Positions 13,960 to 28,410 of a DNA stretch of 64,000 nt are shown here, piece by piece; position 1 is the stretch's first letter, and each line of letters starts with the position of its first letter. Source of the stretch: Octopus bimaculoides (lineage: Eukaryota). The stretch is taken from NCBI RefSeq assembly GCF_001194135.2, contig NC_068982.1:99859176-99923175 (forward strand). The letters run 5' to 3'. The notes under the pieces were generated by a model. The model had not been told where the DNA came from, did not search any database, and saw nothing but the letters and a program-made list of their open reading frames with translations. A program made the position numbers and the translations under genes.

Positions 13960-14410
13960 CAAGAGCGGACATAGTTGTGTAGTTAAGAAGTTAACTTTGC
14001 AAGCAAGTGATCCGAGGTTTGATCTCACTGCACAGTACATCAGGCAAGTGTCGTCTACTGTATTCTTGCGTTGGTCAATAATTTGGCAGACGGAAATTTT
14101 GTGTGTGTGTGCATAGGTGTGCATGTGTGGGTGCATACATATGCATATACATATGCATGTGTGTGAGTATGTGCAAGTGCTTGTGTATGTGTGTATAGCA
14201 TAAATTAGTGCTTCAAGTTATAACCTCTGGTACTAAGAAGGTAAATATCATTTTTATTAAACAGAGATCAATAAAATAAGTACCAGACTGAAATAAGGAC
14301 TGGGAGTTTAGTTGATTATATAATCAAAACAGGTTTTAGTTAATTATATAATTATATAATTAACTAAAACCCTTGAAAATGCTACCACAGCATAGATACA
14401 GTCTGATGAC
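13960..14410 (+). mobile_element. Old tRNA/CORE-type SINE (family B1)
   Basis: Diverged match to the copies at 39773-40135 and 62386-62797 (head, caggcaagtgtc core, internal TG repeat, aataagtacc...gactaaaacccttgaa tail). Confidence 0.65.
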
Positions 14411-15281
14411 TACAAGAGAATTGATAAGACGAAGTGGAAAAAAAATTGAAAACAAATAAAGAGCAAATAATTTTTTTTCAATGATTTTCTTCTGAAGGAC
14501 TCAGCAAATCTGACAAAAATGAAAAGCTTCAACATTTCTTGAATGTCTGCTTAATCAAGCTATAGCATGGATTTACAATTGATATGAATAACTGAACAAT
14601 AAAACCAAATAAATCCTAATCTCTTATTGCTTTCAATGTACTAAATGTAGAGAGACTAGTAATCATAATAGTATGCCAACAAACTGGAAATCAGAAAAGA
14701 AAATAATAATAATAATAAATTCTTTTTTTAAAGCTGTCTGCATTGTTGCCATACTGTGAGCCAATCTCTACGCTGACAATAGTAAGCAACCAGTTAGTTA
14801 CCAAGGTAACAAACCTGCAACAGCTGATGATAAAGTGGTAACTTGCTTTGGCTTGAAAGGAAACAATCAATGCATGATCTCATCAAAAAAAACTTAGGTG
14901 GGAGGGGAAAAGAGATATGTAAGTCATTTTCATACACAGATGAATAAAAGAAAAGGCAGAAGCATATGTTTGTGTGTGCATGTGTAAACGTATGCAGGGA
15001 GATCATATGGGGATAGCATTACGGACAAGCTGGTCTGGTTAAAAATGGGACTAGCATAGGGTGAAACACAAGATTTCCCAAATGTATGGAGAGGATTAGA
15101 TAAATTGATAAGTAAATGTCAATACAGACACAAATAGCATATGAAAGAGAGCAAAAAATGTACTTGCTCTTGGTTCATTTTCATATCTGACTTGTAAGTC
15201 CTGCATACATATTTAGTTTTAAGATATAAATATCTATTCTTCACGCAACGTTACATAAATCTTTGAAAATATATAAATAAC

Positions 15282-15321
<40 letters not shown>

Positions 15322-15533
15322 GTGCTTTCAAATTTTGACACAGGGCCAGCAATATTCAGGAAAAGAGAAGTCGATTACATCAACCCCAGTGATTAATTAG
15401 TACTTATTTTATTGATACTGAAAGGCAAAATCAACTTTGACAGCATTTCGTCTGGTGCGATAACAATTCTACCAGCTCACTACCTTAACAAGAACATCAA
15501 CAACAACAGCAGCAACAAATAGTAATAATAATG

Positions 15534-15570
<37 letters not shown>

Positions 15571-15790
15571 TAATAATAATGGTTTCAAACTTTGTCACAA
15601 GGGCAGCCATTTAGGGGAGGGGTTGAGTCAATTACATTGACCCCAGTGTTCAACTGGTATTATTTTATCGAGTCCAAAAAGATGAAAGGTAACATCAACC
15701 TCGGTGGAATTTGAACTGTGAATGTAGCAATGGGTGAAATACTGCTAAGCATTTCATCCAGTGCACTAACGATTCTACCAGCTCACTGCC

Positions 15791-15834
<44 letters not shown>

Positions 15835-16311
15835 TCTTAATCTAAGCACAGCACAATTTTTGCCCTAATTGCTCTAGCCAGCAGATTATAAAGTGGTCTA
15901 ACTAAATACCATTTAGAGGCATTTTCTTGATCAAACTATTAATTCTATCAATCTATCTACTTCCCTAATGATAACAATAAATTATCATGTGAATCGTTAA
16001 GATGAAAATGAATGTAGTTTTTATCAGTATTCAACTATCATCATTAGCTGGGAAGTATTACAATGTATAGGAGTTTATCCAAGGTTCCAAAGAGCTCAAC
16101 AAGTAATCGTGAAGATTTTTCTAATGTGCAGGAATAGGCGAGCCACATTCCTGCATGTCATAGAAAGTAACTAAAAGAGTTGGCAACAGGAAGAATATCA
16201 GGTTATAAAACACTACCAAGAAGTAAAAAAAGGGAACTGTGATGAGTACAATTAGATTTCATGTGCACACAAGGGCAACTCCTGTTCTTTAACAGGGAAA
16301 ATAACCTTTAA

Positions 16312-16531
16312 CCCTTTAGCATTTAAACCGGCCATATCCAGCCCAAACATTCTACCTGTTTTATGTTCAAACTGACTAAATCCAGCATCCCACACCTACT
16401 TTACAATGTCATTCTAAAAATTAGTCATCACATTATCGAAATCTTGAATCTATGAGATAATGCATGATAAATTCAAAACAATGTGAATAAATAAGTATTA
16501 CATTTAACAGAGTAATCTGGACAATAAAGGG
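16312..16531. mobile_element. piggyBac-type MITE (220 bp)
   Basis: TTAA|CCCTTTA...TAAAGGG|TTAA termini. A lone right end (ctgaatgctaaagggtt) lies at ~30650 and a related left end (ttaaccctttc) at 46343. Confidence 0.8.
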
Positions 16532-17146
16532 TTAAAACATTTGTTTGTTGTAGTTGGTATGTAACCAAATTTTATCCACTGAGTGATTTCAACACAACAT
16601 TGTACAGAAAATAATTCTATAACACCACTGCTACTAACAACACTGATCGTTTATCCTCACTCAAACCTCAAAAGCAAAGATTAATAATAGCAATAATAAT
16701 TCTTTCAGATTTGCTAGTAGGCCAGCAGTATTAGGAGGAGGGGCAGTCAGTTATATCAATACCAGTTCTTGACTGGTTTTTTTTCTTTTATCAACTAAGA
16801 AAGGACGAAAATCTAAATTGACCTCAAGCAGATTTGAAATCAGAACGTAAAAGCCGGAAGAAATGCTGCTAAGTATTTTGCCCAATGCACTAACAATTCT
16901 TCCAGCTCCCTTAATAATAATAATAATAATAATAATAATGTTGGTTTCAAATTTTGGTACAAAGCCAGCAGTTTTGGGCAATGGGGTAAGTCGATTACAT
17001 TGACCCCAGTGGTTAACTGGTACTTATTTTATCAACCCTGAGAGAATGAAAGGCAAAGTTGACCCCAGTGGAATTTGAATGCAGAATGTAAAGACGGATA
17101 AAATGCTGTTAAACATTTTTTATTCCCTGTGGTTAATAAAAGAAAT

Positions 17147-17182
<36 letters not shown>

Positions 17183-17184
17183 AA

Positions 17185-17665
17185 AAATAAATGCCTTGAT
17201 GCAGTACCAGGTACATGTTTTATCTTGGTGTAAAAGAAAATATTCTGCTCAATACCACAGATTTGCTTGTCAGGTGTTTGACCATAACTAGTGGGGCATG
17301 TCCCTTAATGGCTGACAGTATGTGCATCACTGATCACGAGCAGAAGTAGTGGAGGAGCATCATAGCTGTATGTCGAGAGGAATTCTTTGGGGTCTGAATA
17401 ATTCATTTCTGGAAGCATGGGTGTTTTGTTCAACATCTTTAAACAACCCTTATTCAAGGACCTTTTGAGCTGGATGGGCTACTTAACCTGAAGAAAATTC
17501 TAACTGGGCCCCACCTGCAAAGTCATGTGCTGTTTATCTTGATATGAGGTCACCATGTCATGTACATATGGTTGTGATGCATGTGCCTGGTGTACCCTTA
17601 TCAGATGTGTAGTCATGATAGGTATATTGGGCTTCATATATATTACCCCAATGTCACTTTGATGG
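17185..17665. repeat. Unclassified interspersed-repeat-like block between SINE A copies
   Basis: Higher-GC non-coding block bounded by (AAC)n and (AAT)n tracts. Family not assignable from this window. Confidence 0.4.
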
Positions 17666-17685
17666 CATGCATTGCTCTCTCATTC

Positions 17686-17718
<33 letters not shown>

Positions 17719-20292
17719 CTTTTCTACTATAGGCACAAGGATTGGATTTTGTGGGGAGGGGTCAGTTGATCACATCAACCCCAGTACTCAACTAGTACTT
17801 AATTTATTGACCCCAAAAGAATGAAAAGCAAAGTCAACTTTGGCGGAATTTGAACTCAGGACATAGCGGCAGACGAAATACTGCTAAGCATTTCACCCAG
17901 TGTGCTAACGATTCTGCCAGCTCACCGCCTTAATAATAATAATAATAATAATAATAATGATAATAANNNNNNNNNNCACCGCCTTAATAATAATAATAAT
18001 AATAATAATAATGATAATAATAATTCTTTCTACTATAGGCACAAGGCCTGAAATTTTGGGGGAGGGGGCTAACCAATTACATCGACACCAGTGCTCAACT
18101 GGTACTTATTTCATTGACCCCAAAAGGATGAAGGGCAAAGTCAACCTCAGCCTTTCGTCCTGTGTTTTAACAGAGGAACAGGAAGATATACACCATTCAA
18201 AAGTTGAATAAATTGTTTTCTCCAAAGAAGGGCTCTACCTGAAAAGTCAGAGCTTGCGTTTCCCTATATCAAATAATCTTAATCAAACACGTGAACTTCA
18301 CTACTTTATCAACTGATATTTGCTGATGCACAAGCTTCATTAGATTCGTCAGACCCTGGTTTTAATTTGCTCCAGCAACCAATTGGCTGACAACCTGGCA
18401 GACCTTGTCTGCTGAGATTCTCTAGTTAGTAGCTAATGTCATGCATCAGGTTATTAGAATAGTGATTATTTTAATATCTAGAGTAAACTATTAATCAAAG
18501 GATTTCCTTTTGATTAGTAAATAGAAAACAAGACAAATACACTAACATTAAGAAAAAAGAAAAAGATTAATTCAATTGTACTTAGTACACTTAGTAGTAG
18601 TAAAGTGGAAGAGTGACTTGATGCTAGTACACCATACTTAGGGAATATATATAATTAACTAAAAGCTCGATAATTTAAATGCGTAGAATTGAATTCCAAT
18701 CTGGCTGTGATAGATAATATCAGTAAATGGTGCAGTGGTTATAAGTCTTTCCTCAACCGCAACTCGGATCTCTAATGAAAATCAAAGAATATATTTCAGA
18801 TAAAATTTTTAATTTATTGAAACTGTATTTATTAAATATACTTGCTGTAGCAGTCATAAAGTAATAAATAACTTTATGACCCAGAATGGAATTGCATCTC
18901 CTACTGGTAGAAAACAAATGCTGTTGAATGTACAGCATAAGAGATAAAACTATCAGACCATGTCTTCAACTTATTAGGCTTACAAATCAAATTACAAAGA
19001 ACATTTGATCAAGTCAATGTCCTTTCAACTGAAGTTGACAAAATCTGACAATCTTCACCATCACTAACATCAGCAACAACAAAAATACAATTAAGCCACT
19101 GAGAGAGAGTGGTTGCTCAAACTGATAAGCACAGCTGCTAATGTCACTCATATCACACTCTACTGTGTTAAAAAAAAAAAAGGAGAGTATATTGAATGGT
19201 AGTCCTATGCCTAGAAAAGAAAAGATACAGTAGTCATGGTTGGAATGACTCTATGCAGAGAACAGTTTGATCAGGAATGATCCAAGACTAATCAACAACA
19301 CTTTCCCTTTGGAGCTGTACTGTTAGATTAGTTTGTAAGTTTCAGACATAGTATAAAAACTATAAAGGTTGTCACATGAAAATTACAATATGTTGAAAAC
19401 ACACATATACAGCTACAACAAAAAAAAATTAATAAATAAACAATGACCAAGTCAACTGAAAATCCCATTTTGTCGATTTATGGCAACAATTAATTCATCT
19501 ATCCTAATATACAACTTAATGTGAGCTGATTGCTAAAATACTGGAAATTTAATAGAGTAACAGAAACATTTCTCAAGAGGATTTCTCTGTAATCAATTAA
19601 GAAAATGAAACTACTATATTCTAGCTATTTTGACGCAGGCCAATAAAACAGCCACTATGAAGCTAAATATAAAAAATGCCTTTTAGTATCAATTAAAAAC
19701 TATATATATTAGAAAAGCAATATTCAATTAAAGAAAATTACATGGTACATACCCCTGGGATTGAATAAAAGTACACTTTTTAACTACCACAACACAGTGC
19801 TGTCTGTTACCTCCAGTTGAAAAATGAATCTACCTTTAGTGGATATCGTAAGCAGAGGAGAACATACATGTAACAATTAACATCATGGAACTTGTTCAGG
19901 TTCATTAATTCAATATCCAGTTAACAGTTCACGCAAACTATTGTACAACAGAAACTCAATGCAGTCACGTTTTCTGAGGGTTTTTATTGTTTTGTTTTTT
20001 TGGCAATGAAAAACAAACTAATATTAATAAAACAACTGAGATTTTTGAACTATTCATACATTATTACATTAGCATTACATAGGTAGCTGTTCATAACAGG
20101 AGATCAATACTACTGGCTTGGCTAGAGAAAAAATTAAGAGGTAAAATAGAGCAACAAAAGTCTTGTTATTATCTACAATATTAGTTTTAAAACATCAAAT
20201 ATTGCAGAATTTCTTACTGTCTAAAGGCATTTAAATTAATTTCATCAATAAGTAACCACTAAGCACAAAAAGTATACAACTCCAGAATTGAA

Positions 20293-20326
<34 letters not shown>

Positions 20327-20819
20327 ATTCATAAATGAATCAATATTACATATACAAATAAACATAGCAATGTCTTTGTGTGTAGGTGTGCACACATGTA
20401 CTTTAGCTATTTTGATAGGTAAGAATGGAAGTTTCTATATTTAGGTGAATTCCAGTGAACATGGCATCAGACCATGACATGTATGACAATGTTAATATCT
20501 ATGGAGTATTTTTTTGTATATAGATTTCTATGTATGTATTGTATGCATGTGCATGTGTGTACATGCATGTGCAAATGTATATATGTATGTGTGTGTGTAT
20601 GTATGTATGTATGTATGTGTGTGTGTGTGTGTGTGTTTATGTATACACACACCCACACTTATACATACAAATCATATATATATAGATATATTTAATAAGC
20701 TGGCAGGTTGGCTCAGCTAAGCCCACCTGTTATTAAATACTTAAAACACAAACTAAATGCATTGAGTGCTTTCTTTCATTTAATCACGTACTCATATACC
20801 ATCACTAACATTGTTTTAA

Positions 20820-21210
20820 CATTTACTTTTCCATGCTTTCATGGATCAGGCAGAATTTATTGAGCTAGATTTTCAACAGCTGGAGCCCTTCCTGTCCCTA
20901 ACCCTCGCCTTCTTCCAATGATCACACCTGTTTTTATCAGAGATTGCAAATGAAGGCTACATTGCTTGCCTGAAGTTAACATGAAGTTAAGACAAGGAGA
21001 CAATAACACACACATACACATGTATGCATACATATACATGTATACTTATATGACATTAACTTCTTTCAGTTACTTCTATCAAATCTCACAAGGCTTTGGT
21101 CAACCTGGAGCTATAGGAGAAGACACTTACTCAATGTACCACACAGCAGGACTGAACCCAAGACCATGTGGTGGGAAAGCAAATTGCTTACCACACAGCC
21201 ACACCTGCAC
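20820..21210 (-). mobile_element. SINE family B2
   Basis: Same head, internal microsatellite and RTE-like tail as 13113-13495. Confidence 0.7.
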
Positions 21211-21279
21211 AGCTCTGTTAGCAGAGCATCAGGCTTTCACACTCATATACATATCTTCTATCAAATGAATCAACTCTAG

Positions 21280-21605
21280 TACTCATTGTCTTTTTCCCTT
21301 TAAAGTCTGGTACTTAATTATATCAGCCTCTCTTGCCAAACTATTAAGTTACGGGGACAAAAACAAACCAACACCAGTTGCCAAGCAGTGGTGAGGAATA
21401 AACACAGACACAAAGACACACACTTAGACATATATATATATATATATACATATACAATGGTCTTCTTTCTGTTTCTATCTACCAAATCCATTCACAAGGC
21501 TCCGCTTGCCCCAAGGCTATAGTAGAATACACTTGGCCAAGGTACCACACAGTGAGACTGAACCTGGAAACATGTGGTTGGGAAGTAAGCTTCTTATCAC
21601 ACAGT
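21280..21605 (-). mobile_element. SINE family B1
   Basis: Reverse-complement match to 39773-40135. Confidence 0.8.
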
Positions 21606-22379
21606 GTGTATGTATATATATATATATAATGTAATTTAGTCTTTGGATACTGCTGTCAAAAAATGTGTAGTCATAGATATTAAATCAGTCCACAACTTGG
21701 TAATTATTTTACTGATCCCTTGGAAATAAGTGTTGGCTGGAAACAGGAAGGACATAATCCATACAAAATCTGCCTCAATGAATTCCATCTGACCCAAGCA
21801 AACATGAAAAACTGGACAATAAAACAATGATGATGACAATCTCTGTCAAATTGTTAAGTTCATATTTAACATAAAGGGACATAACTCAAAACCTGAACCA
21901 CATGTTTTTGCTTGATGCACTAATTTATACTTATATACACTACTGTGTAGTGTTGTTGTTTGTACAGAAGCAATGTACAATCTACCTTTCACTTTGAGAG
22001 AGAAGACCTTGTGTTACCAACAGAGATATGTAGGGTTTTATTGAAACAAACTGAGGCTTTATCAATTCCAATAAAAAGAAAACCATATACTCTACATTAG
22101 GTATTGAGCACTCTTTTCTCATTTATTTGGCATAAAGCAACATACATAAACTGTGTGTTTGTGTGTGTGTGGTAATATGCATAGACAAACATAGGCATGA
22201 CTGTGTAGATGACGAGTTTACTCATTAACCACACGGTTTCATGTTCAGTCCCATTGTGCAAATGTCTTTTACTAAAGCACCAAGCCAAGAAAAGCTTTGT
22301 GAATGGACATGGAACACAGAAAGTGACAAAGGACCAATATGTGTGTGTAGGAGTGGGGTGCGTTTACATCAGCTGCTTG

Positions 22380-22720
22380 TTTACTCAAACATCATGATGT
22401 TTATGATGTTCCATTTGCATTTTCCCTTTCAGAAAACTACCCATTTGTTATGTGCCTTCAAAGTTTGACAATTAAGAGATCACTTACTTGGAAACAAGTA
22501 AGGGTTAGCTTCAGGAATGGCTGTAGAATAATGCCTCATCTTTGTCTCGTCCATTCTAGCAAGGAAACACACATGCATATATACAATCAGCTTGTTTTTC
22601 ATTTTCCACCTGCCAAATCCACTCACAAGGTTTTGATTTGGCTGGGCCTAGAGTAGAAGATACTTACCCAAGATGTTACACAATGTGTTTGAGAAGTGAA
22701 CTTAAAACAACCATGCCTCC
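22380..22720 (-). mobile_element. SINE family B2
   Basis: aaatccactcacaagg head segment plus gctaacccttacttgtttccaagtaag tail segment. Confidence 0.65.
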
Positions 22721-23004
22721 ATCTATTTATTTATTTGTAGATAGATGGATATAGATATATATTTGTTATTAGTGATAGAAGCAGTATCAGTTCAAAATAG
22801 CATTCTGTACATCTTACTTAACAAGGATTCACTGTAGAAAGCCACACAACAGTGGTATTTGTCTCAAGAAAACACCTTGTACAGATGTATAGGGCTAAAA
22901 TGTACAAAAGAATAAGGGTAGCAGATGAAAAGCAATATAGCAGCAGTAGCAGCAGAATTGCTATATCTATAGTCCTGCATTTTTGCAATATATAAAGTAT
23001 CATT

Positions 23005-23040
<36 letters not shown>

Positions 23041-23294
23041 AGGATTTATTTTTCATAATGGGATAAAAAAACCCAAGGCTGTGTGCATTATAAAACATTT
23101 ATAAATGGAAGGTCTTAACCTCTGGGTCTAATTGACACCATTATCGCTCATAACCTCTCTCTCTCTCTCTCTCTCTCNNNNNNNNNNNNNNNNNNNNNNN
23201 NNNNNNNNNNNNNNNNNNNNNNNNNNNNNNNNNNNNNNNNNNNNNNNNNNNNNNNNNNNNNNNNNNNNNNNNNNNNNNNNNNNNNNNNNNNNNN

Positions 23295-23351
<57 letters not shown>

Positions 23352-23389
23352 ATATCTTTTGGACATTGACTGATGACGAATAAGGTATG

Positions 23390-24560
<1,171 letters not shown>

Positions 24561-24581
24561 ATGTGTGTGTGTGCATATATA

Positions 24582-24795
24582 TCTAACAGAGGCCTCAAAA
24601 GACATCTTCAGATCCACGAAGATCAGAACTTAACTGCAACTCTTGGTGGTCCAAATCAGATTTGCAATCTATGTGGGTGTCTTTTCAAAACATTGACTGG
24701 CTTAAAAAGCCACATCACATGCCATGATAGATCTAAGGTGCAAGTACAAGAGGTGGTCAGACTCTGCATAAGGAGTAGACAACCACCATATATAT
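24582..24795 (+). mobile_element. C2H2 zinc-finger-like segment, probably the 3' end of a LINE ORF2
   Basis: [12 protein letters not shown]...ICNLCGCLFKTLTGLKSHITCH, 5'-truncated at a microsatellite and ending in a (TA)n tail, with no splice sites. Matches the CxxC...GLxSH terminal motif of RTE/CR1-type LINEs. Confidence 0.6.
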
Positions 24796-25359
24796 ATTTA
24801 AACATGTTCCTAAGCACCTGTATGTTAATGGCATTTACTAGATTACGTCTTACAGAACAAATTTTTTTACTATAGACTTATTGTGTAAAAAATACTTAGC
24901 TCCAAGTAATGCCAATGGACTACCGAATGCAGTGTTTCAGCATGATTTCTGTTCCACAGTGATACTGTCTTAGCCATTACGAGCAAGACGGGAACTTCTG
25001 CTCCTGTATAGGAAACAGCAAACAAGACATTTGCCAGTGTGTGCTTAGTCTTGCCCAGCTGGAATTAATTCAGTATAACCACTCAAAGCAACAAAGATCA
25101 AATAATATGTCTATTTTTGAAATATTTCAGCACACTTAAACATGAATGGCATTTCTCTAAAGGCACTAAAATAAATTCAGCTCCAAAAAATGGCCCAAAC
25201 TCCAAGCAGGACAAAACACACATCAAAACATCACACACAAGCACAAACACAAAGAATTATAAGTCAAAAAACATATGGCACTAATGAAATAAAAGAACAC
25301 AAGTTTTGTTTTTTAACGAGACAATAGACAATATCAATAAGTCATAAAGAATCCTTCAC

Positions 25360-26040
25360 ACTGACTCAAATTAATTTCCAAATATTATAGTCATAGCCAG
25401 TCAACCAGACAAACAGATGAAAACCAGATGTTCTCTCTTTCTCTCTTTCACACACATGAACAAGCACACCAAAAGAATTATATAATTCAAAAGTATACTC
25501 CCATTCAAATAAACTAAAATCTTTAATTAGTTTAGCAAAACAATTTCTACAGGCTACACTAAGACCACTCAGAGATGAAACATCATTTACAATAAATATG
25601 TCCCTAAATAGTTTTACTATTAAACTCACCCACAAGTACATGTTTAAGAATCCTCTAACCAAGACCAAAACAACATGTATAAACACAACACTCTAGAAGA
25701 ACTTGACCAAAAAACATACTGAAACAAACTTAACAAAGAAAAAACAGTCAAAGCTTGAGGTAAGACGGGCATCAACAGGTAAATCTAAATCAAATAAGCA
25801 AATCAAAAACACACACTCTCATCAACAAAGAACAAAATATAAACACTGTGCATCACAAAAAATAACCAGTGAAACATCAGAAATATAACAGTCAATAAGC
25901 AAACACAAAATTCAAACCAATGAACCAACACAAGAATGAGACCACACATACACCAAAGAATATAAATATACCACTGGTGTCAAGTTGTAGCAAATCCTGC
26001 CTGAAGATTACAGTAGCATGAAATTTAACATTTCTTTCTA
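25360..26040 (+). mobile_element. Possible Penelope-like 3' remnant
   Basis: A-rich decayed coding-like tract with a QMKTRC segment and a terminal cctgaagat...tgaaat motif at ~26000-26025. Confidence 0.3.
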
Positions 26041-27428
26041 GTAAACTATACATTTGTCATGGTACATATAGTTATAAACATATTTATAGTTATAACTATA
26101 AACATATTTGCTTGTTTTTACATCCCCTTTCCCATACTAGCATGGGTTAGACAAATATATTATTAAGACATTCATTGTTTTACAGCCTGATAACCTTCTC
26201 ACATCAAGCCTTGTCCTGTTCTTCAAGTTAGCAACCTATTATTTCCCTTATCTTTGAAGGTACAAATGCCAACTCGTAATTTAATAAGCAATATCTATTT
26301 ATGCACACTACAGAATAAAGAAGAACTGAAGTAAATTTAAATATTACGTAGCTGAATAACAAGAATGTAAACACATTCCATCCATATTATTGATGTGCAT
26401 CGAAAAAGGACTTCCCTATACAACAGACCAGTTATTTATAAACGAATTGTGAATTATGCTAGCAGATAAGTGGAACACCTAATTTGCATATTTGTGCTTT
26501 TGATGGCTTACTATTTAAATAATACTTATTTATGTACAGCACAGACTAAATCAGAAGAAGTGAAGTAAATTTTATAATAAAATCTTACTGTGGGCTAAAG
26601 AAGAATAAGAATGTAAACACATTCCTTTTAGAATAATGATATGCAGAAAAAAGAGAGGGAGTCTCCTGACAGACCATTTTATGGTTTGTTGACTGCCCTT
26701 CAGAAGACATACCCACCTTCTTTCCCCAATCAATAACAAAGATCAGTTACTTATAAAGGTTAGCTCATTAGTGGACAGCCCAATATGCATAATACAAGCT
26801 AGAAGTTAATTGTTCCTAAGAAAACTACAAGTTAATGAATGTCATTTGAGAGCAGTCCAAGTAAATAAGGCTTCAATTCTGATTTACACTGTGTTGTGTG
26901 TAAATAGATATTATTTAATTGATATTAAGCTGGCAAATGTGGCTTTGAAGATGTGTAGAATCAAAGCCCCGCTACATGGAAATCAGCTCAAAGCTTGAGG
27001 TAAGAAGGGCATCAAGCTGTAACACAATAACTTGATAACATATTTGTCTAACCCATATATAGAGATGCATTTAGCAAAGTGAGAGTTAGCAATGAGTTCA
27101 GTGAGGAATTTTGAGTACAAGGTGTCCATCAAGATTCAAGTCTCAGCCACAAGCCATAATAGTAGAATTTAAGATACATTGTACATAATGATAACCCAGA
27201 TTTTATAAGACAGAGAGAGAGAGAGAGTAGAAAACTTAGAGAAAACTTCCAGATGTGGAAACCTATAATCAATAGGGTTGAGAGTAAACTTACTGAAAAC
27301 AAAACATTTAGTAAGTAAGAATCAAGACAGACCTCTAATATTAACAGAAAAATGGGTATGCATATATATTTACATATATATAAATACATGCACACACACA
27401 CACATATACATGAATATGTACATACACA

Positions 27429-27828
27429 TATTAAGAAAAAGAAGGTAATCAGGATTTGGATAAAAACTATTTATTTAGCATTTTGCCCCTTTCAGGGATT
27501 CATCATGAATGTTTTCTTATCGAAAATTCATACCTTTTATGTAGATGCAAGTTAGTTGAAAACAAAATCTGGAGTTGAATTTGCTTCATTGTTTTAGAAA
27601 GAGGTTTGCAAATGACAAAAAGCATTTCAAATAACCACTCCCAAAATATCCTCTTTCCAAAACTCAAGAAAACAAATTCAACTCCAGACTTTTATTTCAT
27701 CTAACTCACATACATATAAAAGGTATGAATTTTCAATAAGAAATCATTCATGATGAATCCCTGAAGGGGACAAAAGCACTAAATACATAGCTTTTATCCA
27801 AATCCTGACTACTTCCTTTTTCTTAATA
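27429..27828. mobile_element. Fold-back element with ~175-bp inverted arms and ~45-nt spacer
   Basis: 27429-27604 (tattaagaaaaag...agaaagagg) aligns along its length to the reverse complement of ~27650-27828. Confidence 0.9.
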
Positions 27829-28204
27829 TATAGAATTTTTACACCTCTTCAAATAATCTATATACAAACACAAACATTTACTATATGAATGAGAGTATAT
27901 GTGTGTATCGTCCCAAAAGTCTCTGAAATGGTGCATCCTCAAGAAAAATGGATTTGATTTTTGAAATCTCCCAAAGCGAAAGTTTCTGGTAAATAATAAT
28001 CAGAAAATATTTGATACAAGAAATAACATAACTTTGTCATATCTATCTGTCTCTCTCTGTCTTTTATGCTTCTCCCTTTCTGAATATATTTACCACACCC
28101 TCTCTCACTCTTTCCTCTGTATATGTATATTTCTCATGCATGCTGCTCCCCCCACCTCTCTCTCTCTCAATATAACATGTAATTACTTTCATTTTGTTTA
28201 AAAA

Positions 28205-28410
28205 TTCATCGCTGCAATGTTTGCTTTCATTTTGTGATAGACAGCTATCCTTACAAAATCCTTCCAAACAATTTCAGTTGTTGGTTTACACCTTGAAGAG
28301 CCCTGCTTCACCCATGGTCAGCTTAACATTGAACATTCAAGAGTAGGAAGTAAGAAAAATCTTTACATCTATGCACCAAATGGAAAAACAAAAAAACTTC
28401 ATTTATCAAG
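28205..28410 (+). mobile_element. Helitron helicase C-terminal fragment
   Basis: VGLHLEEPCFTHGQLNIEHSRVGSKKNLYIYAPNGKTK matches the Pif1-like Helitron motif GLxLxxPxFxHGQLYVAxSRV...TxNIVY. Confidence 0.85.

Larger units (their letters stand above)
15280..18150 (-). mobile_element. Cluster of six (ATT)n-tailed tRNA-derived SINEs (family A), same orientation
   Basis: Copies at ~15321-15486, 15581-15792, 16701-16912, 16941-17122, 17719-17931 and 18025-18150, with shared motifs such as gaccccagtg..aactggtacttatttt..gaaagg.aaagt..gaatttgaa..ctaagcattt..ccagctcac.gcctt, most bordered by (AAT)n. Confidence 0.9.

Noticed and set aside
15280-18150. Regularly spaced repeats as a CRISPR-like array
   Set aside because: Eukaryotic context; units are ~200-bp diverged SINEs and microsatellites, not short identical repeats with unique spacers.
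20704-20729. GC-rich 9/10-bp hairpin flanked by ttaataa/ttattaa as a Helitron 3' end or terminator
   Set aside because: No CTAG terminus and no adjacent Helitron sequence; too short to exclude chance.
22483-22560. Apparent minus-strand exon with good acceptor and gtaagt donor
   Set aside because: Lies inside a B2 SINE tail; ccaagtaag is part of the repeat consensus.
24582-24795. C2H2 finger as a member of the octopus zinc-finger gene expansion
   Set aside because: No TGEKPY-type linkers, no start or splice acceptor, truncated at a microsatellite and ends in a simple-repeat tail; a LINE 3' end fits better.
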